From contig DASWZY010000128.1 of NCBI GenBank assembly GCA_036407055.1, forward strand, positions 1 through 59,070: 59,070 bases of DNA. Reading direction: 5' to 3'. Each line of letters opens with the position of its first letter. Within the stretch, counting starts at the first letter, position 1. Of the stretch, positions 19,347-27,730 are shown in pieces. Position numbers and translations under genes: made by a program. Below the pieces are notes generated by a model that did no database searches, was not told the origin of the DNA, and was given only the letters and a program-made list of their open reading frames with translations. Source of the stretch: Candidatus Binatia bacterium (lineage in GTDB: Bacteria; Desulfobacterota; Binatia; UBA9968).

Positions 19347-20761
19347 TCAGCCGCGTTCACCGGCGGTGGCTGCTGATACTTGTCGCCGCATTATCCCTGC
19401 CGGTTCTCGGCCGTGCAGATTCTTTTCCCGGCGGCTTTATCGAAAAGGCGGACACCAAAGTCGTCCGCCCGCGCTTGACGGCATCGCAGATAGCGTCCTT
19501 TGTCCCCTCCAATCGCGGCAAATTTCGCTTTCCCCCGCCGTATAACACGGAGGCGATCCGCATCACGACGGCGGCCGACTGCGGCGGCAAAGATTGCGTC
19601 GCGCACGTCGGCTATTCGTACTGGATGAACATCAACAATCACGTCGGCAGCGATACGATGCTGATTTTTCTTGGCCTGGACCGCCGTTACGGCGGCACCG
19701 GGCCGACTCTTTTCAGCTACAACAAACTTACCGACGAAGTAAAGAATCTCGGCCCGCTCTTCGACGGCGGGAGCCGTCTCAGCTGGCGCGGCGGGCTTGA
19801 CTGGTATTTCAGCGCGCGCCAGCCGACCAAGCTATACGTGAACGACGAAGACGCGCGCCTGTACCGCTACGATGTCCGAACCAAGTCACTCGAGACCGTC
19901 TTCGACGCAGCTCCGCGATTTGGAAGGGACAAAGATATAACGCAACCGCACTCCAGCAACGACGACCGGGTTCACTCCGCGACGCTCCGCTGTAAAAGAT
20001 CCGGCTGCACCGACGGAACGCATACGGCTGTCGGCGATGAGGACATGCTCGGTTGTCTTGTGTACAACGAAGGCAAGCACGAATTTTCCAATTATCCACG
20101 GAAACAAAAGTTCGACGAATGCCAGATCGACGCCAGCGGCCGCTGGCTAATCATTCTGGAAAAAGTTCAGGCGGCGGAGCCCGACAGCATCGATAACGTG
20201 ATCATCGATCTCGAGACGGGAAAGCAGCGGACGATTTTATCCAACCAGAACAAAGTCTCCGGCGCCGCTCACGGAGCCATAAGCCATCTCGATCTCGGTT
20301 ACGGTTACATGATCGGAGCCGACAACAGTTACCGCCTGGGTAACGCGAAAGTTCTTTATAAATTCGCTGAGGATCCGCTGCAGGGAAAGCTGGTTTACTA
20401 CAATGGCGATTGGAACGCGCCCGCACCGAACCATATCAGCAACCGCAACAGCGGGTCTGACGTCCCACCGGAGCAGCAATACGCGTGCGGGAGCGGCGCA
20501 AGCAAGAACAACGGCCCGCGGGCGAACGAGATCGTTTGTTTCACTCTGAACGGTTCGTTGGATGTGCTCGTTGTCGCGCCGGTGATGACCGATTTGAACG
20601 TTTCGTCGCGATGCGACGACTACTGCTTGCAGCCAAAAGGGAATCTGGACGTGACCGGCCGTTACTTCATTTGGACGACCAATACGGGCGGCCAAAGACT
20701 CGATGCGTTCATGGTGAAAGTTCCCGGACAGCTTCTCTCTTCTCACAGAGCGTCCCGCTGA
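19343..20761 (+). CDS. Secreted protein of unknown function; paralogue of the N-terminal ~440 aa of the 36392-38944 protein
   Basis: Signal peptide MISRVHRRWLLILVAALSLPVLGRA. Shares long strings with the 850-aa protein: FPGGFIEK, VGYSYW, NNHVGSDTM, NLGPLFDG, QPTKLYVN, DECQID.SGRWL, LDVLVVAPVMTD, PKGNLD.TG.YFIWT. ATGA overlap with the upstream gene. Confidence 0.7.
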   Translation: MISRVHRRWLLILVAALSLPVLGRADSFPGGFIEKADTKVVRPRLTASQIASFVPSNRGKFRFPPPYNTEAIRITTAADCGGKDCVAHVGYSYWMNINNHVGSDTMLIFLGLDRRYGGTGPTLFSYNKLTDEVKNLGPLFDGGSRLSWRGGLDWYFSARQPTKLYVNDEDARLYRYDVRTKSLETVFDAAPRFGRDKDITQPHSSNDDRVHSATLRCKRSGCTDGTHTAVGDEDMLGCLVYNEGKHEFSNYPRKQKFDECQIDASGRWLIILEKVQAAEPDSIDNVIIDLETGKQRTILSNQNKVSGAAHGAISHLDLGYGYMIGADNSYRLGNAKVLYKFAEDPLQGKLVYYNGDWNAPAPNHISNRNSGSDVPPEQQYACGSGASKNNGPRANEIVCFTLNGSLDVLVVAPVMTDLNVSSRCDDYCLQPKGNLDVTGRYFIWTTNTGGQRLDAFMVKVPGQLLSSHRASR

Positions 20762-20788
20762 TTTACACCGATTTGCAATCTTCACGCG

Positions 20789-21901
20789 ATGAATTCACCG
20801 GCCTTGGCTCTTAAAAGCGGCCTCGCTGTGAGGCCGCACGCGCGCGTCAAAGTCGCGCTTGTCGCCGGCAGTCTCGATATCGTCGGCGGCCAGGAGGTGC
20901 AGGCGAGCGTACTACGCGAGCGCTTCCGGCAGCAAGGACACGGAGTCGATTTTGTTCCCATCAACCCGCGTTTTCCGCGCGCCGCCGGATGGCTCCGGCG
21001 CGTGCCGTATCTGAGAACGGTCTTGAACGAGGCGCTTTATATCCCCACGCTCGCCCGGCTCCGGCGAGCGGACGTCGTGCACGTCTTCTCCGCTTCGTAC
21101 TGGTCTTTTCTTCTCGCCCCTGCACCGGCGCTACTCACCGCGAAGGTCTTCGGCAAGCGTGTGGTCTTGAACTATCACAGCGGCGAGGCGGCCGATCATC
21201 TTAGCCGCTGGGGCATCCTCGTCCATCCGTTTCTGAAGCTCGCCGATGAGATCGTCGTGCCATCGGAATACTTGAAGGAAATCTTTGCCCGCCATGGCTA
21301 TCGCGTGCGCGTCATACGAAACGTCGTCGACACTTCGAACTTTCGCTTTCGCGAGCGCAGGCCCCTGCGGCCGCGGCTGCTGTCGACGCGCAATCTCGAG
21401 CCGATTTACCGCGTCGACAACACTCTGCGCGCCTTTGCGCTTTTACGCTCGCGCAATCCCGAAGCCACTTTGACCATCGCCGGCAGCGGCAGCGAAGAGC
21501 AGCGGCTCCGCCGACAAGCGGCGCCGTTCGCCGGCTCCGTCCGATTCGCCGGACGCGTCGAGCCGGCTTCGATGCCGCGCATTTACGACGAAGCCGATAT
21601 TTTCGTGAATTCATCGGTAGTGGACAACCAGCCGCTGTCGGTCCTGGAGGCATTTGCGGCCGGCCTCCCCGTCGTATCCACGCCAACGGGCGAGCTCGCC
21701 ACAATGGTGCGCGAGGGTGACACGGGTTCGATCGTCCCGGCGAAAAATCCAGAAGCAATGGCCGCAGCCATAGCGCGCCTGCTTGCCGAAGCCGACGGCA
21801 CGCTCGCAATGGCGCGCCGCGCGCGCGCCGAAGTCGAGAAATACACGTGGCCGGCTGTTCACCGGAAATGGCTCGCCGCGTATTCGGGTGTCGCAGCATG
21901 A
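20789..21901 (+). CDS. GT4 (GT-B) glycosyltransferase
   Basis: GGQEVQASVL N-terminal region and EAFAAGLPVVSTPTGELATMVREGDTGSIV (E-x7-E). Confidence 0.85.
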   Translation: MNSPALALKSGLAVRPHARVKVALVAGSLDIVGGQEVQASVLRERFRQQGHGVDFVPINPRFPRAAGWLRRVPYLRTVLNEALYIPTLARLRRADVVHVFSASYWSFLLAPAPALLTAKVFGKRVVLNYHSGEAADHLSRWGILVHPFLKLADEIVVPSEYLKEIFARHGYRVRVIRNVVDTSNFRFRERRPLRPRLLSTRNLEPIYRVDNTLRAFALLRSRNPEATLTIAGSGSEEQRLRRQAAPFAGSVRFAGRVEPASMPRIYDEADIFVNSSVVDNQPLSVLEAFAAGLPVVSTPTGELATMVREGDTGSIVPAKNPEAMAAAIARLLAEADGTLAMARRARAEVEKYTWPAVHRKWLAAYSGVAA

Positions 21902-24093
21902 AATTGCATCGGCTGAAGAGCATGGGGCTCGGGGAAATCGCCTACCGCAGTCGACAAGAAGCGAACAAGATATTCGAGCGCGTCGGCGGTATTGGCAACG
22001 GCCGCGCCGCCGGACATCTCTTGAAGAAATCCCTCGCCCAAGACACGCTGCGAGAATTGCGCGGCGGTTCAAACGGCGACTTCCACGCGCTCGCGCGCGC
22101 TCTCCGCGAGCGTTTTCAGACTTCCGGCGCGAAGCGGTTTTTCGCCGGAGCCACCGATTCGCGATCGGTGCCATTGCTGCGGCAACACGCGCCGGAGGCG
22201 TGCGCTACGATCATTGCGGCGGCTGACAACGTGCTGGCAGGCCGTTTCAGGCTCCTGGGATACGACGATCTTTATTTCGGCGATCCCGTCCACTGGCGGC
22301 TCGACCCGATCTCCGGCCGCAGAAGCCCGCTTACGCATTGGAGCCGCATCGACCACCTCGATTTCGCCGCAGTCGGTGACCACAAGGTCGTGTGGGAATT
22401 GAACCGCCAACAATGGATGATCGTTCTCGGCCAGGCTTGCCGGCTTACGGGCGACGAAAAGTATGCGCGCGGTTTCGCCGGCTATCTGGGTCAGTGGCTG
22501 AGGGCGAACCCCGCGGGTTTCGGCATCAATTGGGCGAGCAGCCTCGAAGCGGCGCTGCGTATAATTTCCTGGACATGGGCGCTCTACTTATTGCGCGACT
22601 CCGCGACGCTCTCCCCCGAGCTCTACGTCCGCTTGCTGGAATGCATCTCACTGCACGCAACGCACGTGGAAAAATATTTGTCGTACTACTTCGCTCCGAA
22701 TACGCATCTTACCGGCGAGGCGCTCGGCTTGTTCTACGCCGGCGTTGTATTTCCCGAGCTTCAATCGGCGCGCCGCTGGCGCGATCTCGGCGCACGCATC
22801 TTGATTGATCAAAGCGAGCGGCAGATCCTGGCCGATGGCGTCTACTTCGAGCAGTCCACTTGCTATCAACGCTATACCGCGGAGATCTATCTTCATTTTC
22901 TTCTTCTTGCGCGCCGCAGCGGAATTTGCGTGCCTGCGGTCGTCGAAGAACGCCTCCGGCGCCTTCTCGACGTCCTCCTCGTATTCCAGCGGCCGGACGG
23001 CTGTCTGCCCGACATCGGCGACGCGGACGGCGGCTGGCTACTGCCTTTCACGTCGCGGGCTCCCAGCGATTGCCGCGGCGTCCTCGCCGTCGCAGCGCGG
23101 CTCTTCGACTGCGCCGATTACGCCTGGGCCGCGAGCGATCCGGTCCCTGAAAGCATCTGGCTTCTCGGCGCGGTACGGCACCGCTCCGCGATAACGCCTG
23201 CTTCACCTCCGATCACCCGCGAGACAATGGCTTATGCGTGCGGCGGCTATGTCGTGATGCGCAGCGACTGGGCCCGCACTGCGCACCAGATGATCTTCGA
23301 CGTCGGCCCGCTGAGCTCGCCCAAGAGCGGCCACGGGCACGCCGATCTCCTGAGTGTGCAGTGCTCGGCTTTCGGCGAGCCCTTCCTCCTCGACGCGGGG
23401 ACCTACTGCTATACATCCGAGCCCGAATGGCGGGATTTCTTTCGCGGCACGGCGGCGCATAATACGGCGACGGTCGACGGTGAAAACCAAGCCCGCACTG
23501 CGGGGCCGTTTGGCTGGGATCATCATCCGCGCGCCCGCCTGCGCCGCTGCGTCTCGACCGCGGAGTACGTATTGGCCGACGCGGACCATGACGCCTACGC
23601 ATGGCTCGCCGATCCGGTGATCCACCGTCGCCGCGTCGTGTTCGTGAAAGACCGCTACTGGTTCGTCGTCGACGACTTCCTGGGCACCGCGAAACACCGG
23701 ATCGACGTGCGGTTTCAATTCGCGCCAATGAGTGTGACCATGGAAGCCGAGAACTGGATACGCGCACGGGGCAAGTCCAGCCACGGCCTGCTCCTTCGAA
23801 CCTTCGCTAGCAGCCCGATCGAGGTCGCCGTTGCCGAAGGAAGCACGGCGCCGATTCAGGGCTGGATCTCCCCCGATTATGGCCGGCGCACCCCAGCGCC
23901 GGTCGTAAGTTGCTCCGCAGAAACGTCTCTGCCGCTAAGAATCATGACCATCCTTCTGCCATGCGAGGACGCCGCGGCGCCGCTTCCGTCGGTGACTCCC
24001 ATTCACGAGAAGCCGGCAGGCATCATGGGTGCGCGATTTGCCGATGAAGACAGCACGGTGATTATCGACGACGACGCGGTCCGCCTGAAATAA
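21898..24093 (+). CDS. Heparinase II/III-like (alginate-lyase superfamily) protein; no signal peptide visible
   Basis: DHKVVWELNRQQWMIVLGQACRLTGDEKYA, INWASSLEAALRIISW, GVYFEQSTCYQRY, HGHADLLS...GTYCY...HNT. ATG 21898 forms an ATGA overlap with the GT4 stop. Confidence 0.75.
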   Translation: MKLHRLKSMGLGEIAYRSRQEANKIFERVGGIGNGRAAGHLLKKSLAQDTLRELRGGSNGDFHALARALRERFQTSGAKRFFAGATDSRSVPLLRQHAPEACATIIAAADNVLAGRFRLLGYDDLYFGDPVHWRLDPISGRRSPLTHWSRIDHLDFAAVGDHKVVWELNRQQWMIVLGQACRLTGDEKYARGFAGYLGQWLRANPAGFGINWASSLEAALRIISWTWALYLLRDSATLSPELYVRLLECISLHATHVEKYLSYYFAPNTHLTGEALGLFYAGVVFPELQSARRWRDLGARILIDQSERQILADGVYFEQSTCYQRYTAEIYLHFLLLARRSGICVPAVVEERLRRLLDVLLVFQRPDGCLPDIGDADGGWLLPFTSRAPSDCRGVLAVAARLFDCADYAWAASDPVPESIWLLGAVRHRSAITPASPPITRETMAYACGGYVVMRSDWARTAHQMIFDVGPLSSPKSGHGHADLLSVQCSAFGEPFLLDAGTYCYTSEPEWRDFFRGTAAHNTATVDGENQARTAGPFGWDHHPRARLRRCVSTAEYVLADADHDAYAWLADPVIHRRRVVFVKDRYWFVVDDFLGTAKHRIDVRFQFAPMSVTMEAENWIRARGKSSHGLLLRTFASSPIEVAVAEGSTAPIQGWISPDYGRRTPAPVVSCSAETSLPLRIMTILLPCEDAAAPLPSVTPIHEKPAGIMGARFADEDSTVIIDDDAVRLK

Positions 24094-24134
24094 CGATCAC
24101 GCACCGACCCGATTCGCCATAAATTTCGAATCAA

Positions 24135-25175
24135 ATGTCCAGAGGTAAAGCGATGCAAGTTGAAAAACTCCGTCAAGAACCGCCGCGCGGAACAGCGAAG
24201 CCGCCGCTTCAAGGAGCTTCCCGAAACGCGTCATCGACGCCGCATGAAGCATCTGTCACGGTACTGATTCCTTGCTACAACGAAGATTTGACGATCGGAA
24301 AAGTCGTGCGGGACTTTCAGGCCGAGCTGCCCAACGCGACCATTTGTGTCTTCGATAACAATTCTACCGATCGGACCATCGAAGAGGCCGCTCAGGCGGG
24401 CGCAAGCGTCGTGCGTGAAAAACGCCAGGGCAAGGGATATGTGGTCCAGGCGATGTTCCATCGGCTGGACTCGGACGTTTATCTGATGGTCGACGGCGAC
24501 GGCACTTATCCCGCCTCTGCCGTTCATGCATTAATGCGCCCGATTCTCAATGACGAGGCCGACATGGTCGTGGGATCCAGACTCCACAGTGAATCCGAAA
24601 GCCGCTTTCGGCTGGCAAATAAATTCGGCAACGGATTGTTTCTATGGATCTTAAACCGGCTGTTCCACGTTCGCTTGACCGATATTCTTTCCGGCTACCG
24701 CGCCTTCAACCGTCGCTTTGTCAAAGATATCCCGGTATTTTCCCGCGGTTTTGAGATCGAAACGGAGCTTACCATTAAAGCCCTGCAACGCGGGTACCGC
24801 GTTGTCGAAGTGCCTGTCGACCTCCGCGCGCGACCCGACGGAAGTTTTTCGAAGATACGCATTCTGCACGACGGCTTTCTGATTCTCAATACGATTCTGG
24901 CACTGTTCCGCGACTATAAGCCGCTTACGTTCTTCGGCTTTACAGGAATCGCCTTCGTTATCGCGGGATTGATCCCCGGCGCCATCGTTGTTTCGGAGTA
25001 TTTGAGAACGGGACTGGTTTTGCGAATGCCGTCCGCGTTGCTCGCCGTTGGACTCGTCATCACCGGCGTGCTGCTGCTGGTCGTCGGGTTGACGATTCAT
25101 ACGATTGTGCGGCGCTTTCAGGAACTGGATTACAAACTGCAATCGGTCGCGAACGAGCTCAGAGCCCGCCGCTAG
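24135..25175 (+). CDS. Membrane-anchored GT2 glycosyltransferase with the architecture of polyprenyl-phosphate sugar synthases (GtrB/DPM1-like)
   Basis: VTVLIPCYNED, VFDNNSTDRT, MVDGDGTYP, plus two C-terminal TM helices (LTFFGFTGIAFVIAGLIPGAIVV; LLAVGLVITGVLLLVVGL). Alternative start at ATG 24153. Confidence 0.75.
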   Translation: MSRGKAMQVEKLRQEPPRGTAKPPLQGASRNASSTPHEASVTVLIPCYNEDLTIGKVVRDFQAELPNATICVFDNNSTDRTIEEAAQAGASVVREKRQGKGYVVQAMFHRLDSDVYLMVDGDGTYPASAVHALMRPILNDEADMVVGSRLHSESESRFRLANKFGNGLFLWILNRLFHVRLTDILSGYRAFNRRFVKDIPVFSRGFEIETELTIKALQRGYRVVEVPVDLRARPDGSFSKIRILHDGFLILNTILALFRDYKPLTFFGFTGIAFVIAGLIPGAIVVSEYLRTGLVLRMPSALLAVGLVITGVLLLVVGLTIHTIVRRFQELDYKLQSVANELRARR

Positions 25176-25202
25176 CGCGGCTCAAGACATCGGAGATCGT
25201 CA

Positions 25203-25919
25203 ATGAACGAAGAAAACATAACGGTGTCGGATCTCGAAATCATGGCGCAAGCGCACAACTACCGCAGTTGGATGTTTCGGCAGATAGCTCCCTTCATCGG
25301 CCGGCGGATTTTAGAAATCGGCGCGGGCATCGGCAATTTTACGAACCTCATGCTCGACCGCGATCTGGTGGTCGCCGCCGACGTCTACCCGCCGTGTGTG
25401 GAATATCTGGAAAAACGTTTTGCCGACAAACCCCACGTGCTGCCGAGGCGGTTGGATGTCGCCGATCCGGCGACGACCGCTTTGGGAAAGTACGATTTAG
25501 ACACGGTCGTTTGTCTGAACGTGCTGGAGCACGTCGAAGACGACATCGGCGCGCTTTCGCATATGTTCGCCGTGCTGCGCAGCGGCGGCAGTCTCGTATT
25601 GCTCGTGCCGGCTTTTGAATTTTTATTCGGGACAGTCGACTCGTCGTTGGGTCACCACCGGCGCTACACCAAACCGCCGCTGGTGCAAAAAATGCGACAG
25701 AGCGGCTTTGCCATCGAGAAGGTCTTCTATATGAACCTCATCGGCATAGCCGGCTGGTTCCTCAACAATCGCGTGTTCAAGAGAACGGAAGAGTCTCCGA
25801 AACAGATCGCGCTCTTCGACCGACTGATCGCTCCTGTAGCGGAACGTGCCGAAAAGTTATTCCAGCCGCCGATCGGCCTTTCCTTGATAGCCGTCGGCCG
25901 CAAAACTACTGTTTCATAA
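25203..25919 (+). CDS. Class I SAM-dependent methyltransferase
   Basis: RILEIGAGIGNFT (motif I), VVCLNVLEHVEDD, LRSGGSLVLLVP. Confidence 0.85.
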   Translation: MNEENITVSDLEIMAQAHNYRSWMFRQIAPFIGRRILEIGAGIGNFTNLMLDRDLVVAADVYPPCVEYLEKRFADKPHVLPRRLDVADPATTALGKYDLDTVVCLNVLEHVEDDIGALSHMFAVLRSGGSLVLLVPAFEFLFGTVDSSLGHHRRYTKPPLVQKMRQSGFAIEKVFYMNLIGIAGWFLNNRVFKRTEESPKQIALFDRLIAPVAERAEKLFQPPIGLSLIAVGRKTTVS

Positions 25920-25933
25920 AACGGAAGCTCAGC

Positions 25934-27643
25934 ATGGAGCATCAAAATGCCGATCGCCTGGCGGCGCCCGTCGGGCGAGATATCTCCGTAGACGAGCCCG
26001 GCGTGAGAGGACGCACGGCGTGGCTGCGCAGCTACGGTTTGTTGATCGCTTTATACGCCGTGATAACCGCGGCGACCGGTGCGGCTTTCATGGGCGATAC
26101 CATCGGCTATGCCGACAGCATCCTGGAATCGAAATTCTTCGAGTTCGGGCATCTGCTCTGGTTCTTTATTGGCTGGCTCGCTTCTATGGCTCTCGCGCCC
26201 TTTACCGGCCTCGAGCCGCGCCTGAACATCATTTTCGCGCTCGTCGCGGTTAATTGGGCGGCCGGATTGCTGAGCGTGGTTCTCTTATACAGCCTAGCCC
26301 GGAACATTGCGGAACGGGAATGGCCGGCGATTTGCGCTACGATCGGGTTCATTTTCTCCCAAGCGTTTCTTGACCTCGCGCACAGTGGATGCGCGTATAT
26401 CCCCGGCCTGTCGCTTCTCCTGCTCGGTCTTTGGCTGCTGTTTCGCGCCGAAGAGCAGCCCCGGCACGCTACGCGATACGCGATTCTGACCGGCGCGGCT
26501 TTTGCGACCACCGTCGCCTTATGGTTCCCTTACGTAACGGCCGTTCCCGGCGCTCTTCTGGCGACGCTCCTGTTGTTCGGATTTAACCGCCCAAGGCTTT
26601 CTTTCATCATTCGGACCGCAGTCGCATGCGGCTGCATCGCCCTGATTATCTACGGAACAGCTGCGCTGCTTCAGGGCATCTACACGCTGGGCGGCTTCAT
26701 GGACTGGGTCCATTCGTCATCCCACGGCATTACCGACAAGGGCAACTTGCCGCGATTGCTTTTCGGTATTCCGCGCTCGTTTACGTTCACGGGCCGCGAC
26801 GGCTCGATGTTCAAACGATTCTTGTATCACGATCCTTACAATCCGGTTTCCCTTTTCGACTTGTTCCAGGGAACGCTGGCGAAACTGCTTCTCTTCTACT
26901 TCCTAGCAGTCGCCACCGCCGTCGTCCTGGTACGATCCGATCGAGGACGTCGCCTGCTCGCTTTCCTTGTGCTCAGCACAGCCCCCCTGCTCGCACTGGC
27001 TCTGCTGTGGGAGGCAGGAGCGATCGAAAGATACTTGCCTCTCTACCCCGCGCTGTTCATTTCGTTGTCGTATGCTTTGAGTCGACGCACGAGATTTTTT
27101 CTCTACGAGATATTGGTCGGAGTCTGGATCGCCATGAACATCATAGTGAACACCAGCGCGCTGGCCAACTCGACGCTGGCAGCGCGCCAGCAGCGAGTGG
27201 CTGGTCGGGTGGAGCCATTGCAGCCGCTATTGAAGCCGCACAGCGTAATCGCGACTTTGAGTCAGCTCGACGAGCTGTGGGCGTTTCCCTGGGACTTTCC
27301 GTTTCATCCCATCAATCAAAAACAATCGCTACCAACGTATCATGTTCAGGAGCCCGGCACGACACAGATTCCCGTGTGGAGGCAGAACTTCGCCGCTAAG
27401 GCACGAGCCGTGTGGAGCGCCGGCGGCGACGTCTGGGTATCGAAGAGGCTGCTTGCCCCAAAACCGAAAGCCGAGTGGAACTGGGTCGAAGGAGACGACA
27501 GCCGAATTACCTGGCGCGATATCTACGATTACTTTTCAGAGTTCGAGTACGGTCAAGCTCTAGGCGGCGAAGACGGTTTCGTACTTCTCCGACAGTCGGC
27601 GAACAATGAGACATTACTCGCCCGATCTGACTCGGGCGCATGA
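25934..27643 (+). CDS. Polytopic membrane protein of unassigned family (GT-C-like topology), tandem copy A
   Basis: About 12 hydrophobic helices followed by a soluble tail of about 170 aa. Acidic MGDT..YAD just after TM1. Clear paralogue of 27731-29461. Confidence 0.6.
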   Translation: MEHQNADRLAAPVGRDISVDEPGVRGRTAWLRSYGLLIALYAVITAATGAAFMGDTIGYADSILESKFFEFGHLLWFFIGWLASMALAPFTGLEPRLNIIFALVAVNWAAGLLSVVLLYSLARNIAEREWPAICATIGFIFSQAFLDLAHSGCAYIPGLSLLLLGLWLLFRAEEQPRHATRYAILTGAAFATTVALWFPYVTAVPGALLATLLLFGFNRPRLSFIIRTAVACGCIALIIYGTAALLQGIYTLGGFMDWVHSSSHGITDKGNLPRLLFGIPRSFTFTGRDGSMFKRFLYHDPYNPVSLFDLFQGTLAKLLLFYFLAVATAVVLVRSDRGRRLLAFLVLSTAPLLALALLWEAGAIERYLPLYPALFISLSYALSRRTRFFLYEILVGVWIAMNIIVNTSALANSTLAARQQRVAGRVEPLQPLLKPHSVIATLSQLDELWAFPWDFPFHPINQKQSLPTYHVQEPGTTQIPVWRQNFAAKARAVWSAGGDVWVSKRLLAPKPKAEWNWVEGDDSRITWRDIYDYFSEFEYGQALGGEDGFVLLRQSANNETLLARSDSGA

Positions 27644-27730
27644 CGGCTCCCCAAGCGCTCCGAACGAGAAGGACGTCCGATTCGCGACATTCGCGTCCGT
27701 CGCTCGCTAGCTGAGCAGAAAGTTACGACG

